From NCBI GenBank assembly GCA_048013815.1, contig CM106586.1:18910001-18974000 (forward strand): a stretch of 64,000 bases of DNA, read 5' to 3'. This document shows, piece after piece, positions 1 through 14,457 of this stretch (position 1 is its first letter; each line of letters begins with the position of its first letter). This stretch comes from Setoptus koraiensis (lineage: Eukaryota > Animalia > Arthropoda). The translations under genes and the position numbers were made by a program. The notes under the pieces are model-generated. The model saw nothing but the letters and a program-made list of their open reading frames with translations. It was not told the DNA's origin and ran no database searches.

Positions 1-830
1 ATCATTCAGCTTCGGCTTGCCTCGCAAGCTTGTTTAAATGATAAAAATATCCGACGGCCACACATACATATCTCTGGTTCGTGTGCCAGCGCGCTGGCAT
101 TTGCTGCTGCCGCTGTTGTTGTTGGCGCTGTTGTTGTTGTTGGCGCTGTTGTTGTTGTTGGCGCTGTTGTTGTTGCTGTTGCATCAGTGGCCGAAGCAAA
201 TCACAATCGATGGCGAGATTGGTCAATTTGATGAAATGATCAATTTGTACTCGCGGCACAGCACAGCTCCGATCGGGTGCGCGCAAATCGCCCTTGTGCC
301 GCACAATTTGTGCGTTCGTGGCGCGCGCGGATCATTTGGATTCTGGCATTTTCGCATTCTCGCATTCGCGGACATATTAGTATAATATTAATGGCCAATA
401 TTCATTGTCTCTCCTCAACAACTCGTGTCAACTGTACAAACTAACAACAGCGACGACAGCGACGACATCAAGTTGTCGCCCGCCAGAGCGCCAAACAATG
501 GCCGCCCAGACGCAACAACGCACTCGCTGTCCGGCGCCACTGTCGCTCGGGCCAATTAGCCCGATGATTTATGCCGCCCCATCTAATGGGCACTCACTCA
601 CTTGGCGCGACCATCTCGGCGGCGCGCCCATCCCGGCGGCGCACCGATCGCTTGCCGGCTCAACAAGCTTGGGCACTGCGAGTCGCGGCTGCAGCAGCAA
701 TCCGATTCCGTCCGATTGCGCAATATCGGCGGCCGATATTACAGCGCAACATAGCTCATGCTCATGTTCTGACATCGGACTCGCTCGCGCTTTGCTGGCG
801 CTTTGCCGGCCGAATGGCCGCTCCGCCAGC

Positions 831-896
831 AAAATGCCGACAAAATGCCGACGAAATGCCGACAAAATGCCGACGAAATGCCGACGAAATGCCGAC
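831..896. repeat. 11-bp tandem array (A/G)AAATGCCGAC x6
   Basis: Six consecutive units starting at 831, 842, 853, 864, 875 and 886. The period is not a multiple of 3, so the ORFs crossing it are probably spurious. Confidence 0.9.
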
Positions 897-3800
897 AAAC
901 AGTGCAAAATATCCGGCACATCAACGGCCACACACGATACTAACTATCTGTTGTTTGCTCGCGGACTATATTAATAACAAATGATGGACATGATCGCGGT
1001 CATTTGTTGTTTGCGCTATGTTAATGGGCGCCCATCAATTTGGGCCCGCGGCTCGCGCGCGCCGCGCAATTCGGCCCGTTTCCATCTTTGGATGGGCAGA
1101 AAAACGAGCGCTTATTAATCAATATCTCCAATGATGCAGTTATCATCAACTAATGATCATTGATGTCCAGCAGCAGCAGCAATTACTGCTTGTTGCCGCT
1201 TGTTTGCCGGCCTCTCCCGCTCGCTGTGTGCCCGCCGCTCCGTGCCGCCGCTCCGTGCCCGCCGCTCTGTCCCGTGCCGGGCCACGCGGTGGCCGGACAG
1301 TGGACGCTCGCGGCGTGCACGTGCAGTTACAGTCTCTGCGAGTGTTACAATCTCAGCGAGTGTTGCAGTCTCAGCGGCGCGGGGCCCCCAAGAGCGCCCA
1401 TGCAAATGTCAAATGTGGCCCGTCAAAGTGGGCGCCGGCGAGCGGCCAGCGAAAGTCGCAACGATGCCCACAACGAGCGCAACGAGCGCAAAGAGCGCGC
1501 CACAGATACAACCGGCGGCCAACGAGCGAGCCAGTTGGCGAGCTCACTGAAGCATGCAAATTAATCGATTATATCGAGCCAATGCACATTGTTGGCAATG
1601 ATGATTAGTGGGCCGGGCCGGCCCGGCGAGCCGCTGCATCCGCTGCGGCTGGTTGTTTGCGCTCGCTTGTCACACAAACAACAAAATGATTATCTGCTGA
1701 TTATAGCGCTGATTGCGCACTGATTTAATCGGTCCCCTTTAGCCAGCCGCATGCTTAATGGCTGCATGTTCGCATACCCGCACGCACAATTGGCGATTGG
1801 CGGTGATGCCACCGACAACGACAAAATCTAAATAATTCGGCCCCAGTGGCGGCCGGCGGGGCCAGTGGGGCCACTAAGGTCGCCCGATCGGCCCATTCAA
1901 ATGTGTCTCTGCGGACAATGTCCAGTTGCAACAACAACAACAACAACAACAACAACGGGCCAGTTAGCAGTTACAACATGCCAGTTGTAGCCACCAGCTC
2001 AATCGATCATCGTCGCGGTGGTTGTTGTCGCTGCCGCTTGCAGTTGCCACACTGGCCACAGTTGCGCAACGACGCCCGACGGTGCCCGGCGGTGCCCAAC
2101 GGTGCCCAATATTGCCCAATGCTGGCCATGACCATTGTCCGTTGCGAGGCGCCTCGTTGTCAATTGTAACAACATTTGTCTACACTCACAGTTACTATTG
2201 TTGTCGACACAAGTTGTTGCGTAACAACTGCTGGTTGTCGGATAAGCACGCTGGTTGTTGCGCAACGAGCGCCGTTATGCAACTGTAAGTAGCGGTCAGT
2301 GTTGTTACGCGACAACCGACGTCAGTCAGCGCTGTTGCGTAACAACTAACGGTCAGCGTTGTTGCATAACAGTGTTGTGTGACTGTTCGCATGTGTGCGA
2401 CAATGCCAAATGAAAAGTGACCAGCAGACACAGATTTCGATCGCGCATCTTGGGCGCGTGTTATTCTTGCTCGCAACATTTACTGTGTTATTGTTATTCT
2501 CGGTGGCCGTTGCAGGCAACTGTGGGCCACTGCGGCCACTGCCATTGTGGGCCGCGGGCGAGTTTCTCGCGCGCACCAATCTCGCAAGACGGCCACCATC
2601 AAGTCGGCCACCATCAAGTCGGCCAATGCCGCTGACCGAGCGGCCCGGCGCCCACCGACCCACCAATTGGCGATCGCCGGCCGTCGCCCATTCAATCGAT
2701 CGGGTCGGCCCGGTTCGAGCGAACGTTCGATGCATTGATTTGCTATTCAAATGGCGGCCGCCCAGACCACAATTATATTATTCGGCCTGGCTGACTAATC
2801 TGCATGAGCTGCATCATGTGCGCAAGTTGCGTCCCTTGGGCGCCCGTGTTGAGCCCGTCGCCGCAGCGGGGCCGCGTGCCGTCGCGGCGCGGGCCCCACT
2901 GGCCAGCGACCAGCGACGATTAAAGGCGGATAATCGATGCTTGGCATTTAGTGTGACCGGTGCTGCGCGACAGACAAAGTGATCACTCGTTGTCAGCCAG
3001 TGGCAAAGTGGCAAAGTGGCGCCGTCTGGCCGGCGTCTGTCCGGCTCACACGGCGCCGGGCCCCCGAAGCAGGTGAGCTTGCGGTGCGATCGATCTGACA
3101 CTCGTGCCTCACAAGTGACACGCCGATATCAAGTGAGACCGACAAGACAACAACAACAACAACGACCGCTCATTGGGCGCGCCACGAAGCGCGTGTTTGT
3201 GCTCGTGGCAAGTGGCGCGCCGACAGTCACAAGAGCTGACTTTGTGACTGTCGCCGTGCCGTGCCGTGATCTGTCTCATTGTGACAACAATGACGCAATA
3301 ACGCTCGGCTGGGCTCGTCTGGCTCGGCTGTTGCCGTTGTTGTTGTTGCTGTCGTTGTTGTTGCTGTTTGCGCGCGCGACAATAATTGCAATAACTGCAA
3401 CTATACAATGCGCTCATTGAATAAACACATTTGATGCTTATTACATAACATTATTACACAGCATTATTGCATAACATTATTCATACTTGCGTCTCGAGCG
3501 CTGACAATGCTGCGAGTGCCCACTGACAACAGCAGCGACGACAGCAACAGCAACGACAACAACAACAACAAATCTGAATATCTGTCTTTGTGCGCCAACA
3601 GCGGCCAGTTCCGTTATTACTGCTGACCAATATTATTATTATTGTTGTTGTCATTATTCACACGTGATGCGCGCGGTGAGAAGTTGCTGTGAGAAGTTGT
3701 GAGCATTGGCCGAGTGGCGCCGTATGGTGACAGGCGCCCCTATGCAAAGACGTATGCAAAGTGTCGTCTTTGTCAACTTTTGTCGCTCGTGCGTCTCGGC

Positions 3801-6800
3801 CGTTGTTTTGTTGCGCAATAAACAAACAGCGCCAATTTCGGCCAAATGGTCGCCTCTTGGCGCCACAAGCAAGTCGCCCAGTGACCATTCGGCGGGGCCA
3901 GCGGGGGCGACTTGGCGCAACTTGCAAAATTATTAGCGGCCGCTCACAATGGCATGTGTGCGGCCACTTTGTGCCGACACCGCACACAACAGCAGCCCGT
4001 GTTACGCAACATCCCGTTGCGTAACACATTGTCGCGTAACATACCGTTACGTAACATACCGTTACGTAACGGTGTTCCGTTGTTTGGGCACAACACGACC
4101 GAGTGTGGGCATTGTGGCACGGGCATTGTCGCCGGTGCAGTCGCCGGTGCAGTCCCGCTGTTCGTCGGGCATCCGTCATGGTGCCCGGTTGCGCGCGCGA
4201 TTATGAATATTCAAAGTGTTTATACTGGCCCGTGCACGTTGTTATTTCTAGTGTGTGCCCACGACGCGCTGGGCACAAAATAGAAATCACACACCAGAAA
4301 TAACACTCGTGTTGACATAAACAGCCAGACACACTCACCTGACGACAATAAGCTGGCCAGACGGGGGCCCAACGGAGGCCGCACACACACACGGGCCGGC
4401 AATATGAGGCGACCATTCAAATGAGATTCAAATAACTCGCCAGAGCGCGAATTAGAATTCAATCGTGGCGGCGCCACTTGGCCTCGATATAACGAAATTC
4501 CATTCGAGTTTCGCTATATGTTTGGCGAAATATATCGATGGCGCTGGCGTGCAAATTTGAATGCGAGCGAAAGTCACAACAATGGCACAACAATGAGCTG
4601 CAGCGCACCATTAATCAGAATTTAAATAGCCGCCGCCACTGACACCAGCGCCGCAGCCACCGAGGGCCTCGCTGAGGACCGCGGACGGGCTCGTAGTGTC
4701 GCGCCGCCGTTCGAGTGGCGCCGCCGCTGCTGCTGCTGGGGGCCTCACAAAGGGGCCAGAGTGGCGCCCAGAATAACAGTGTGACCGAGTGCGGCCGCCA
4801 ATCGGAATAAAATAAAATAATAAAATGAAATTCTTTGTGTCGACAGGAATTTGCGCCGGGCCGGATTTACATATAGATTAGCATAGCCGGGCGGGGCTGG
4901 CCGAGCGGAGTCGCCAGCCTCGCGCGGGCAATCGGTCGACCGTCGCTCGGTCGGTCGCCGCTCGTTCGGGCAATCGATTGTCGCTCGGTCGACTGTCGCT
5001 CGGTCGGTCGATTCGCGTTCGGTCAATTTGTGTCCGGCGAGCGGCGCAGTCCATTAGGCAGTGCGTCGGTGCGGGCATCGCGAGCCGCAATTGCGTCGAG
5101 TGACAATTGCGTCGATTGTCTATTGTCAATTTAAATTCATTTCATTGTGTCGCTACTTTGCGCCCTCGGCGCCACTCAGCGCGCTCAATCACTGTTGCAA
5201 TCACCGCTGGGCTCGGCGGGCGAGTGGCCGGCGTTGCAGCGGCCCGTCAATTGGGGGCGCTCTCATGCTCTTGTTACGTAATTGCATAATCGCCGGGCCG
5301 GACAGACCGGCGAGACCGCCGCCGCCGGCCGCACTGCACAACCGGGCACGGCACTGACCGTTCGACGCACAGTGTGTCGCGACAAGTGCGCTACCTGGCC
5401 GGCGCCCGTTTCGGGGCGCCCATCACGCTAATAGTTGTTGACCGGCACAGCGCAGCATTTGTCCGGCAACGGACAGCCGGACATATGTTTGTTGTTGCGC
5501 ATAAATCTATTTATCATCAATATTAATCAGTGATGAACACATGATAGTGGCCAGTTTTTTGTTGGTTGCTTGGGCATTTTGCATTGCAGCCGCGCTGTTG
5601 GCCGTTAGTATTACGCAACGTTGGCACACAACAGCAACAAACAACAAACAAACTTGTATTATATTATTATTATATCATTATACTATTATTATGTAACAAA
5701 ATTAGCATCGTGCCCGGCAGACAGGCGCACCACGTGCAGCAACGCGTATCACGCATTGCTCGTTACGTGCTTGCTATTGCAGCATTTGTGGATGTTGCAG
5801 TTGGCGTAATATCGGATATTTATGGATATTTATCGCCCAAATAAACTTTCAGGGACGCTCTCGTATGAGCGAGCCAGCACTGAACGTCTGGCTGACAATG
5901 GATCGTTATTGTCACCGATTAATGCTGAGTTGCTGACGACGAGCCGAGTTTCGGACGCTCCAATTTGGACGCTCCGAGTGACCAATCTCGACCAGCGGCA
6001 TTGTCGCGGCTGCCCGTAGACTGTGCGGCGCAGAGTGTGTGTGACAAGTGCCATTAGTCATTATTGATTGCTGCTCTCTCTCTCTCTCTATATTTATCTC
6101 TCTCTTACGTATTCTGTATTTTGGCCACTGGACAGTGGCCAAAATACAACATATGTAACATATGTAGACTCATGCGCAACAGTAATAAGTTGATCATCAT
6201 GATATACATATGATAACAACTTGGCCACTTGGCCAGCATCACCCATCAGCGCAGCCTGTCAATAATTACATAACGCACACACCGATCCGATGCCGCGCGG
6301 CAACGTGTTTCAGTGGCCACGTCCGACGGTAACGGCGTCTCAATGGCAACCTCTTAATGGCGCTGCCAACGGCCAATGGACAGTTTAATATGTGAGTGTA
6401 TTAATATGATTATGAGCGACGAGCTTGTTGGCATGCAACGGTCACGCCATCACGCAAGCTTAATTTAAATTAATCTAAATAAATGATGATGATGCCTCAA
6501 TTTATAACTGCGCACTGTTGTGTCCACTCCAGTCGGGTGTCCATTTCGGCCATTTCGGCCATTTCGGCCCCGTTCCATTACGAGCTGGCAACAGCAGCAA
6601 CAACGGCAACAACGCACGCTGTCCACTTGGGGCACGCTCAGGTGAGCTACAACTGGCGCCGCTGTTGGCACTAATGATACATCTGTATATTGTATCTGTG
6701 TATTGTGTTTGCCAACAGCGCCCATTACAATAATGATGCCTTTCGGCCTCCAACAGAATATATAATATATTATTATATATTGATATAAATATAGTTACGT

Positions 6801-7954
6801 AATCATTGCACAGCTATCGATTGCGTAATACGTGTGTGTGTGTGTACGTGTTCACGGGTATGGTCAGTGTGCTGGGCACGAATGAATGTTTTAGGTTGTT
6901 GTGTACATTTTCATTGCGACGCCCATGGTAAACAACGACAGAGTGTATTGTTGGCATTGTATTCATCTGGTCACACAACAGCCAGTTTGAGATGATGTTG
7001 CGCAACATGCGTGCCACACATTTGCGTGCAGTCAGTGGCATTGTCAGCGACTGGCTTGTGATCGACAGTGGCAAACAACTCTAGTCAACTATGCAAATTA
7101 TTATGCACGCCATATGCCACAACAGCTCATTCGCGAATGTCGGCAATGGGACAGGTGAACCTATATGCACGAGCATACAGAAAGCATATTGCACGACCAT
7201 ATTACACGATATTACACGATATGAATAACAGACGGATAATACAAATATTGGTCTGGTTAGTGTTGCGTGGGCGGCCTCAAACGGCCTAAGCGGCCTCAGA
7301 CGGCCGCATACGATATAGGCAATGTTGACAATGACACAAGAGTGGCCCCTTTTCATCATCGACCAATTGAATTGATGAATGAACAACAAACTCGTTTGAG
7401 TGTTTGTTTATTTGTTTATGCATTATGATAATTAACCGCCTACCTATATTAACAGCGGCAGCGCTGAACGGCAGCCATTCTAATGAGCTGCATGCAGCAC
7501 AGGTGATGCACACAGGTGAAATATGAATACGACGGCGACGACGACGCTGCCATGATATATCGCGATAATTGAAGCGCACATCTCAACAAGTTTGCAAACT
7601 ATCATCATTAATGGCCAGCCAATGAGCAGCTCAATACAGGTGAGTATGTTAATTAAATTAATTGCCATTGCATAACTAGCTGAACAGGCTGGCTAAAGCA
7701 GCGAGTCCGGCCGACACACACACACCAATTGACGATTGGACGAGTGGAGTGAGTGTGACAACAGTGTGTCTCTCATGTATATTATGTAACAAGACAGACA
7801 AGATTGGTTTGCATTTGCAAATGCAGCCAAATAAATAATGAGAATGCGATGGTCAAAATTGTAATGAATGCAATGTCGCAGTTTACAAAGTTCATCATTT
7901 TGTTGCCATCTCCCAACTGTTTGCATGCCACCGATTTGCAGCCAAATTGCCAAA

Positions 7955-8014
7955 TTGTGCCACCTTGTGCCATCTTGTGCCATCTTGTGCCATCTTGTGC
8001 CATCTTGTGCCATC
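7955..8014. repeat. 10-bp tandem array TTGTGCCATC x~6
   Basis: Read directly; the first unit has one substitution. Confidence 0.9.
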
Positions 8015-10360
8015 ACTTATATTGTGCCATCGCTTATATTGTGTGCCATATTGTGCCATGAATTATATTGTGCCAGCGCCACTAGAGAACAAATTTACAT
8101 TTTAACATTTTAAATGAGAGTTGGCCCGTCGTCAACAATGTTGACGATGACAACCAACTAATTATATTGTCTCTATATTACACTAATTATAAATTCATTC
8201 AACTTGAACTTTTATAACTTTTGTGTTGTTGCCAGACAACTTACAATTTGTTAGTACGGTACGGCACGGCACGGCACCAGACAGGTGAGCATCGCTATGG
8301 CTCGTTATGGCCAGGACAGGTGAGTGGCGCTGTTTGTTTGTTTGTCGCAATGGCGTCTAATTGATACTATTATTGTTGCTTATCATAATCAACTTATCGA
8401 AAGGCCCACAGACATACGGATATTTAATATTTATTTAATATTAATTTTTGCTGCTTGCTGGCTCACTGGCTCAATAACTCGATGTATAACTCAATGTATA
8501 ACTCAATGTATAACTCAATGGCTCAATGGCGCGTATAATGACTGTCGTCATTATTAAGAATTACTAATAATATTATTAATATTAGCCTAGCCAGATTGGG
8601 CCAGATATTGTGTGTCGTCTGCTCGTCAAACAGACGACACACAACAGTCAGTAGCCCGCTAATGGTGCAACCAGCTCGCCTACTTATCTCTATCGGGCAT
8701 GAATTGCAATTGATTCTAATTAAACTTGTCTCGTCTGTCTATTCTCTAGTCAATCATAGGCCATAGTTATAATTCATTTATTCATGCTCAAGGAGGTGAA
8801 CGATCATCATTGAACACACACCGAGCTCACATTTATTCGTCTCGTCTGAGATTGCAATCTCAGGTGAATAAATTAATGTTGAGCGAGTGACTTGTGAGAG
8901 AGAATAAAGAGAAAATTAAAATTGACTTTAAATCTCGTCTACACAACACTAACTATTTGCACTAACTAACATGCGATAGTTATATTTCTCTGTAGTCTCA
9001 TCAACTACAACAATTATCAACTACAACAATTATGTGTCTGTGCTGTGTCGAGCTCGTCATCGGCAATTTGCAAATGATCATCATACACAAATATCAATAC
9101 TAATATCACCCTGTTGTTAGACGGTGAGATAAACTCAAATCAACTAAGATAATCTCTGCCGATAATGGCGCTGTCAGTATCGTGCCATTTCCACACTCGG
9201 CTTTCCAGTGGAGACTGATATCAGTTTCGACTGGGCTTAATTTGAATTTACTCTCAATGTTGCTGCTGTCAATCAACCGATGGCTGCTCGCTCGCAACTG
9301 CCATCATTGAAACTATTATTATTGTAACTATTATTATTGCGACTAGCATTATTGTAACTATTATGACTAGTGTAATTATTACCATTATTGTAATTATCAT
9401 GCTTGTTGTTACGATGGCCAACAGGCGACACAAATTTGCATTATCATTAATTATCGTTATCAATCGGCAGTTGTGCGGGTTGATTGCGCACAGGTGACAA
9501 GTGACTTTGTTTGTTGTTTGTTGATTGTTTTGCTCAACAGCGACGTTCGTTACCTGTCTCACAGTCTCACTGTCTCGTTGTCAGCGGCGCCTCGCCACAG
9601 CCGACAACCAATGCCCACCGACACCGTGTTTCCGACAGCTCGCACAAGGTGCCCTCCACCCCCCGCAGTCTGTCAGCCTGGGTGTTGCGGCGGCTTCGGC
9701 GGCTTCGGCTGGCAATCTTTGCGATAAGCTGCCGGCCCGACTCGGCCTCGTGTCGCCATGCCAGAGCCGGCTCTTGGCAAGGCGCACGAGTCGGCGAGCG
9801 CCTCTTGCGCGTAACGTCATTGCATCATCGTGGCTGCTATTTATGCTATTCATATCGTGTTGCTACGTTTATAGGATTGCGCGTATCGCGTTTGTTGTCG
9901 CTACTTCAGTTGTGAGTGGCATAATTAGTTGCATTGGGCAATTAGCGCTAATGTAACCATCGACAATGAGTGTTTACACGCGATTACTTAATTATAAGTG
10001 CAATGATCGATTGCACCAAACAGCCAGCCACAAATAACATTGCCATAACACTGCCGACTGATTGAGCTCGGCAATAAAACTATCGAGCTTGCCGATAAAC
10101 CGATCGAGCTTGGCGATAAATTGATTGAGCTTGCCGTAAAATATCCGCTGCTACTCACCTGCTGTCTCTGTCGCTACCTGTCGGCGGTGCGCACAAGTGT
10201 AAATTGACTGATTTGAGCTGACTGGCTTCACTATTGATTGGCGGCCACCATGGGCTTATGCAGATGAGCTTGCGATTGTTGTCGTGCCGGTCGGCGTTGT
10301 CGTGGCGGTCGGTGTTGTCGCTTCACTGTGGCACTGTCTGTTTGCTGTGTCGCTAACTGT

Positions 10361-10450
10361 TTGTGAATACTTGTGAATAGTTGCGGATAGTTGCGGATAG
10401 TTGCGGATAGTTGTGAATAGTTGTGAATAATTGTGAGTTGTCGTGAATAG
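10361..10450. repeat. 10-bp tandem array TTG(C/T)G(G/A)ATAG x~9
   Basis: Three central TTGCGGATAG units flanked by TTGTGAATAN variants. Confidence 0.85.
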
Positions 10451-12690
10451 CGGCCAATGGTCGCGAGCAGTCGCCTATGAGTGATTGGCTTCTATGGCGT
10501 CTATGCAAATGTTGCCTATATCACTGCTGCTGGCTGCATGTCATTGTTGCTGCTGGCAAGGCGACCTATATGAACGGCTTGACAATTGAACGGCTGGCTC
10601 GATTATTCGATTCGAAGCTCGACTCGGTTCGATCCGCTCGATGCCAGTTCTATCTCGGTTGTATTCGAATGAGAGCAGACGTAACCACTTGTGAGACTGT
10701 CGCTCGCTCGCTCGCAACTTGCAATTCTCGCCGCCAGCTCTCCTTTTTCCCCCGCCTGCCCTCTGCCGCTCGCACTTGTCGAGCTCTTGGCCAGCCGCCC
10801 CCCGTCGCTCTGCGGGCTTGCCGCCCCCTTTCGCCCCTCTCGCCCCCTCACTTGCTCACTATTTAGATTCATCATTATTAGTTGATTTTGTGTCTCTCTC
10901 TCATGCGCACACACTACATTAGCGGACTAGCCAACAGCCACATGCCCTGTCCACTAGCCATAATTGTGACTGTTGGCTGCGCACTGCTCAGTGGCGCCAC
11001 CTCACGGTCAATCTCCTCATTGGCTCGCTCACACACAGGCTTGCACAGGCCACCATGTGTGTCCACTTTGCGCCAACTCACACCACTGGCCTGAGCAACG
11101 CACTTGTCAAGCTCAACCAATTCAACCAATAATTGGTACCAATTAATTAGTATCAGTCAATATCAGCAAATTAACTTGCCGCATATAGATTCACCTGTTT
11201 CGCCTGTCATTTGCATAATTGATGAGCGCGCATGCACACAAACACTGACAACACACACAGTGAGCTGAACGAGCGCCGCCGCTGCTCTAAAAAAGCTCTC
11301 CTCCGTTGCGCATGCTCGCGCTCATTTGCATACCGTGCATGCAAGTTGCGCAATCATTTGTGCACACGCATATAGAGCTGTCAGACAATCGGCCGTTTAG
11401 GCTGTCAGACAATCAGCTGTTTAGGCTGTCAGACACAATCGGCTTTTTTGGCCGTCAGACAACCAGCTGTCGATTCACAATTGTCAATGGGCCCCCCGCA
11501 CTGGCAGTTGTCAATGCGATCGACAAGTGTCAGCTGATTAACCTGACACTGTCAGGCCGACAGTGGCCCGATCAGCTGACTCTGACAGTTGCTGGTCGGC
11601 CTGTGTGTGTGTGTGTTGTCGCCTGCACAAAACAATGATTTGCGCGTTTTGTTTATGGGCGCCCGCCGACAACGTTGTGAGTGGCATAATTAGCGAGCCG
11701 GTGGCCTCATGAAATCGCTGCTTGCCGTCGTGTCGGTTGTTGGCGCTGTTGTTGGCGTGGTTGTTGGCGCTGGCGTCGCGCTAATTGTTGGCTCAAATAT
11801 GCATGAACGCTTTGTATTCATTTTATGATACAGCATAGGAATACCAATTGCCAGAGTCGGGGCTCTCGAAACTTTGAGCGCTTATTTAGCATAAATCTAG
11901 CTGCAGTCTTATCAGCATAAATCTGCTGCTGCTGCCTGTGTGTAAATACCTGTGCGCTGGCTGTGTCGCCAATTGACTTTGCTGCGACAACTGTCGGCAT
12001 CGCTGGCCGTTGTTATTATTTGTGTAAACTTGAAACTGCAAATAACTGCAAATAACTCATTTGTTTGCGTTTGCCAGCCGGGGCTTGGTCTGTATGCATG
12101 CGTGACATGAGAATATTAGCTGTGTGACAAACAAATGAATATGCAATATGCAACGACGATGATGTAACATAATTAACATTAGCGATACAGTGTGCGCATT
12201 CAACAATGCCCGCCATTGTATAACAATGTGAATGTGAATGTGTGCGGTATAAATACATACATAATGCGCCGGAGCAGCTCATTAGCATTGCCAGTTACAC
12301 AATATAGTTGCTATGACAATTATCGGCAGATATGTATCGCCTAATGAGCGGACTCATCGCTCTGGCCGGCCCATCGTGCGCACTAATTATGACGGCCACT
12401 CGTTGTCTGTTGTTGCGCCGCTGATGTCATTGTGTCGTCGCTGGCGAGCCAACTGTCACTGTCGGGCCAACTGTCACCGTCGGGCCCGCTGTCGCTGGCC
12501 ACTGGCGAGCCGGGCGACCCGACAGCAGCACTTGGCGGCATTTTGCAGCATTTGCACGCCACTCAACGAGCGAGACTGTGATTTAAATGCGCAGCAACAA
12601 CGAACAGCAACTTTATTATCAGTAATTAATATTCAAATAGCGTGTGCAAAACAATCGGCCAGCGGAACAGATGTCGGCTAGCGATGGGTG

Positions 12691-12721
<31 letters not shown>

Positions 12722-14340
12722 CGGGCCGGCATTAATTAGCTGCATGCTGCTGGTGGCGGCCGATTTGTCGCCATTGTGCGGGTCGCCGTCAGAGCCCGTA
12801 GCCGGCCCGCTTGCCCGCCAGATCATATCTCGATATATGATGTGACGGACAAGCGGTGATGCCCGCTGGCTGGCATGGGCGCACTTGACGATATCCGGCG
12901 CGTCGATGATGTCCGCCGCCGCCGACGACGATATCCGCCGATGACGGATTCAAAGCAGCCAAATTGATTGCCGCCTGTTGTTGTGTCGACGGCACCGATA
13001 GTAACGATACTAACGATACTAACGATAGTAACGATAGGAAGTGACGATAGTAAAAGTTGTGCTCTTTGTGTTTGACATGGTCGTCGTCGTCTCTTGTTAT
13101 CGACGACTGTTGACTCGTTGCCAGTTCAGTGCAACTGGGCAACTGTCGTTGTTAACACTCTGCTGAACTTGTCCATAACAATTAACAACAAAAAAGAGAT
13201 TGCACTTGTCGCTGTCGTGTTGTTGTTGTTGTTGTTGTTGTCACCTGAGCAGGTTGCTGTTGAGCAACAGAGACACAAACAATGAGCCAATGGCCAATGA
13301 GTCGCCTTTGTCACGCTCATTCACAGATCCGTCATTAAACGGCATTGTCGTTGTCTTGTCACTTCCGGCGCGATGCTTATCGCTTATCAGCGATGCCAAT
13401 TGTAATATTCCTCATCCTCATCATCAGCATCAGCATTTTAATGCCCGCTAATGCCGACTAGTCTCAATGAATACAACACAACACAACACAACACAAGACA
13501 ACACAACACAAGACAACACAACGCGACACAAGAGAGCGATTCGAGAGCAAATCAATGCGATTGCGTCATTGTCATTATACAACAATTGTTGTCGCCGCTG
13601 TCGCTGTCATATTATGTCGCTGTCATATTATGTCGCTGTTGTTGTTGCCCACGACAACCACTGGCGCTGCCCTCACTGCGCTGATAGTTGATGGCTGATG
13701 GAGAAAACAATTGTGTCAAACGTCGTTAGTCGGCGCTATTAATTAGATGGTGATGAGTGGACGCCACATATCAGCTGATGATCATCGGCTCTCATCAGCT
13801 GATATGTGTCGTTGCAACAATTAATTGCCATTCCGTTTATGCCCAATGATGGCGCAATTGTGACAGATCTGCCTGTGACAGGACGGCGCAAGCTCTCTCG
13901 AGCTTGTCGACACAACCAGTCGATTTGTTTGTCACGGGATGATGCGCCCAATGTTTTATTTTTTATTTTTGTGCCGTCGCTACATTGTGCCGTCGCTACA
14001 TTGTGCAGTCGCTACATTGTGCCGGCACAATATTGTGCCTGTCAGCCTGGCGGTCAGTTGGCCGACGGTCAGTGTCGCTGGCACGCAGCTGACACAATTG
14101 TCAATTTGACAGAAACTGCGACGCACAGTGCTGTACTACTGTGCCACAAATCTCGAGTGCACAGCTCTGACCTCACCTGAGACTGCCAGACTGACGGGCA
14201 GCGCGATGCAAAGTGACGCAGCACATTGGCCTCACCAGGTGAACCAGTGTCCGTGGTTGTGACAGTTGCGCGAGCGGCACAGAAACGGAGCTGACCGCGG
14301 CACAGATGAGCGCTCACAACATCCACGCGAGAATACATTT

Positions 14341-14457
14341 ATGAATATACAAATGAATATACGAGTGAATATGCGCGTGAATATACGCGTGAATATACGA
14401 GTGAATATGCGCGTGAATATACGCGTGAATATACGCGTGAATATACGCGTGAATATA
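14341..14457. repeat. 12-bp tandem array GTGAATATACGC x~10 with an internal 36-bp higher-order repeat
   Basis: The unit-variant order TATACGA / TATGCGC / TATACGC occurs twice in succession. Confidence 0.9.

Noticed and set aside
1645-1750. miR-133-like sequence TCGGTCCCCTTTAGCCAGCCGC with a partly complementary GCGGCTGGTTG upstream
   Set aside because: It matches only about 17 of 22 nt with a seed-region mismatch. The arms are about 75 nt apart and the intervening stem does not pair. Such a match is expected by chance when scanning many miRNAs over 128 kb of strand sequence.
12789-13142. ORF resembling a neuropeptide precursor (hydrophobic stretch, GKR site)
   Set aside because: The hydrophobic stretch comes from a 9-bp tandem repeat and is not N-terminal, the start codon is non-ATG, and there is no known peptide motif.
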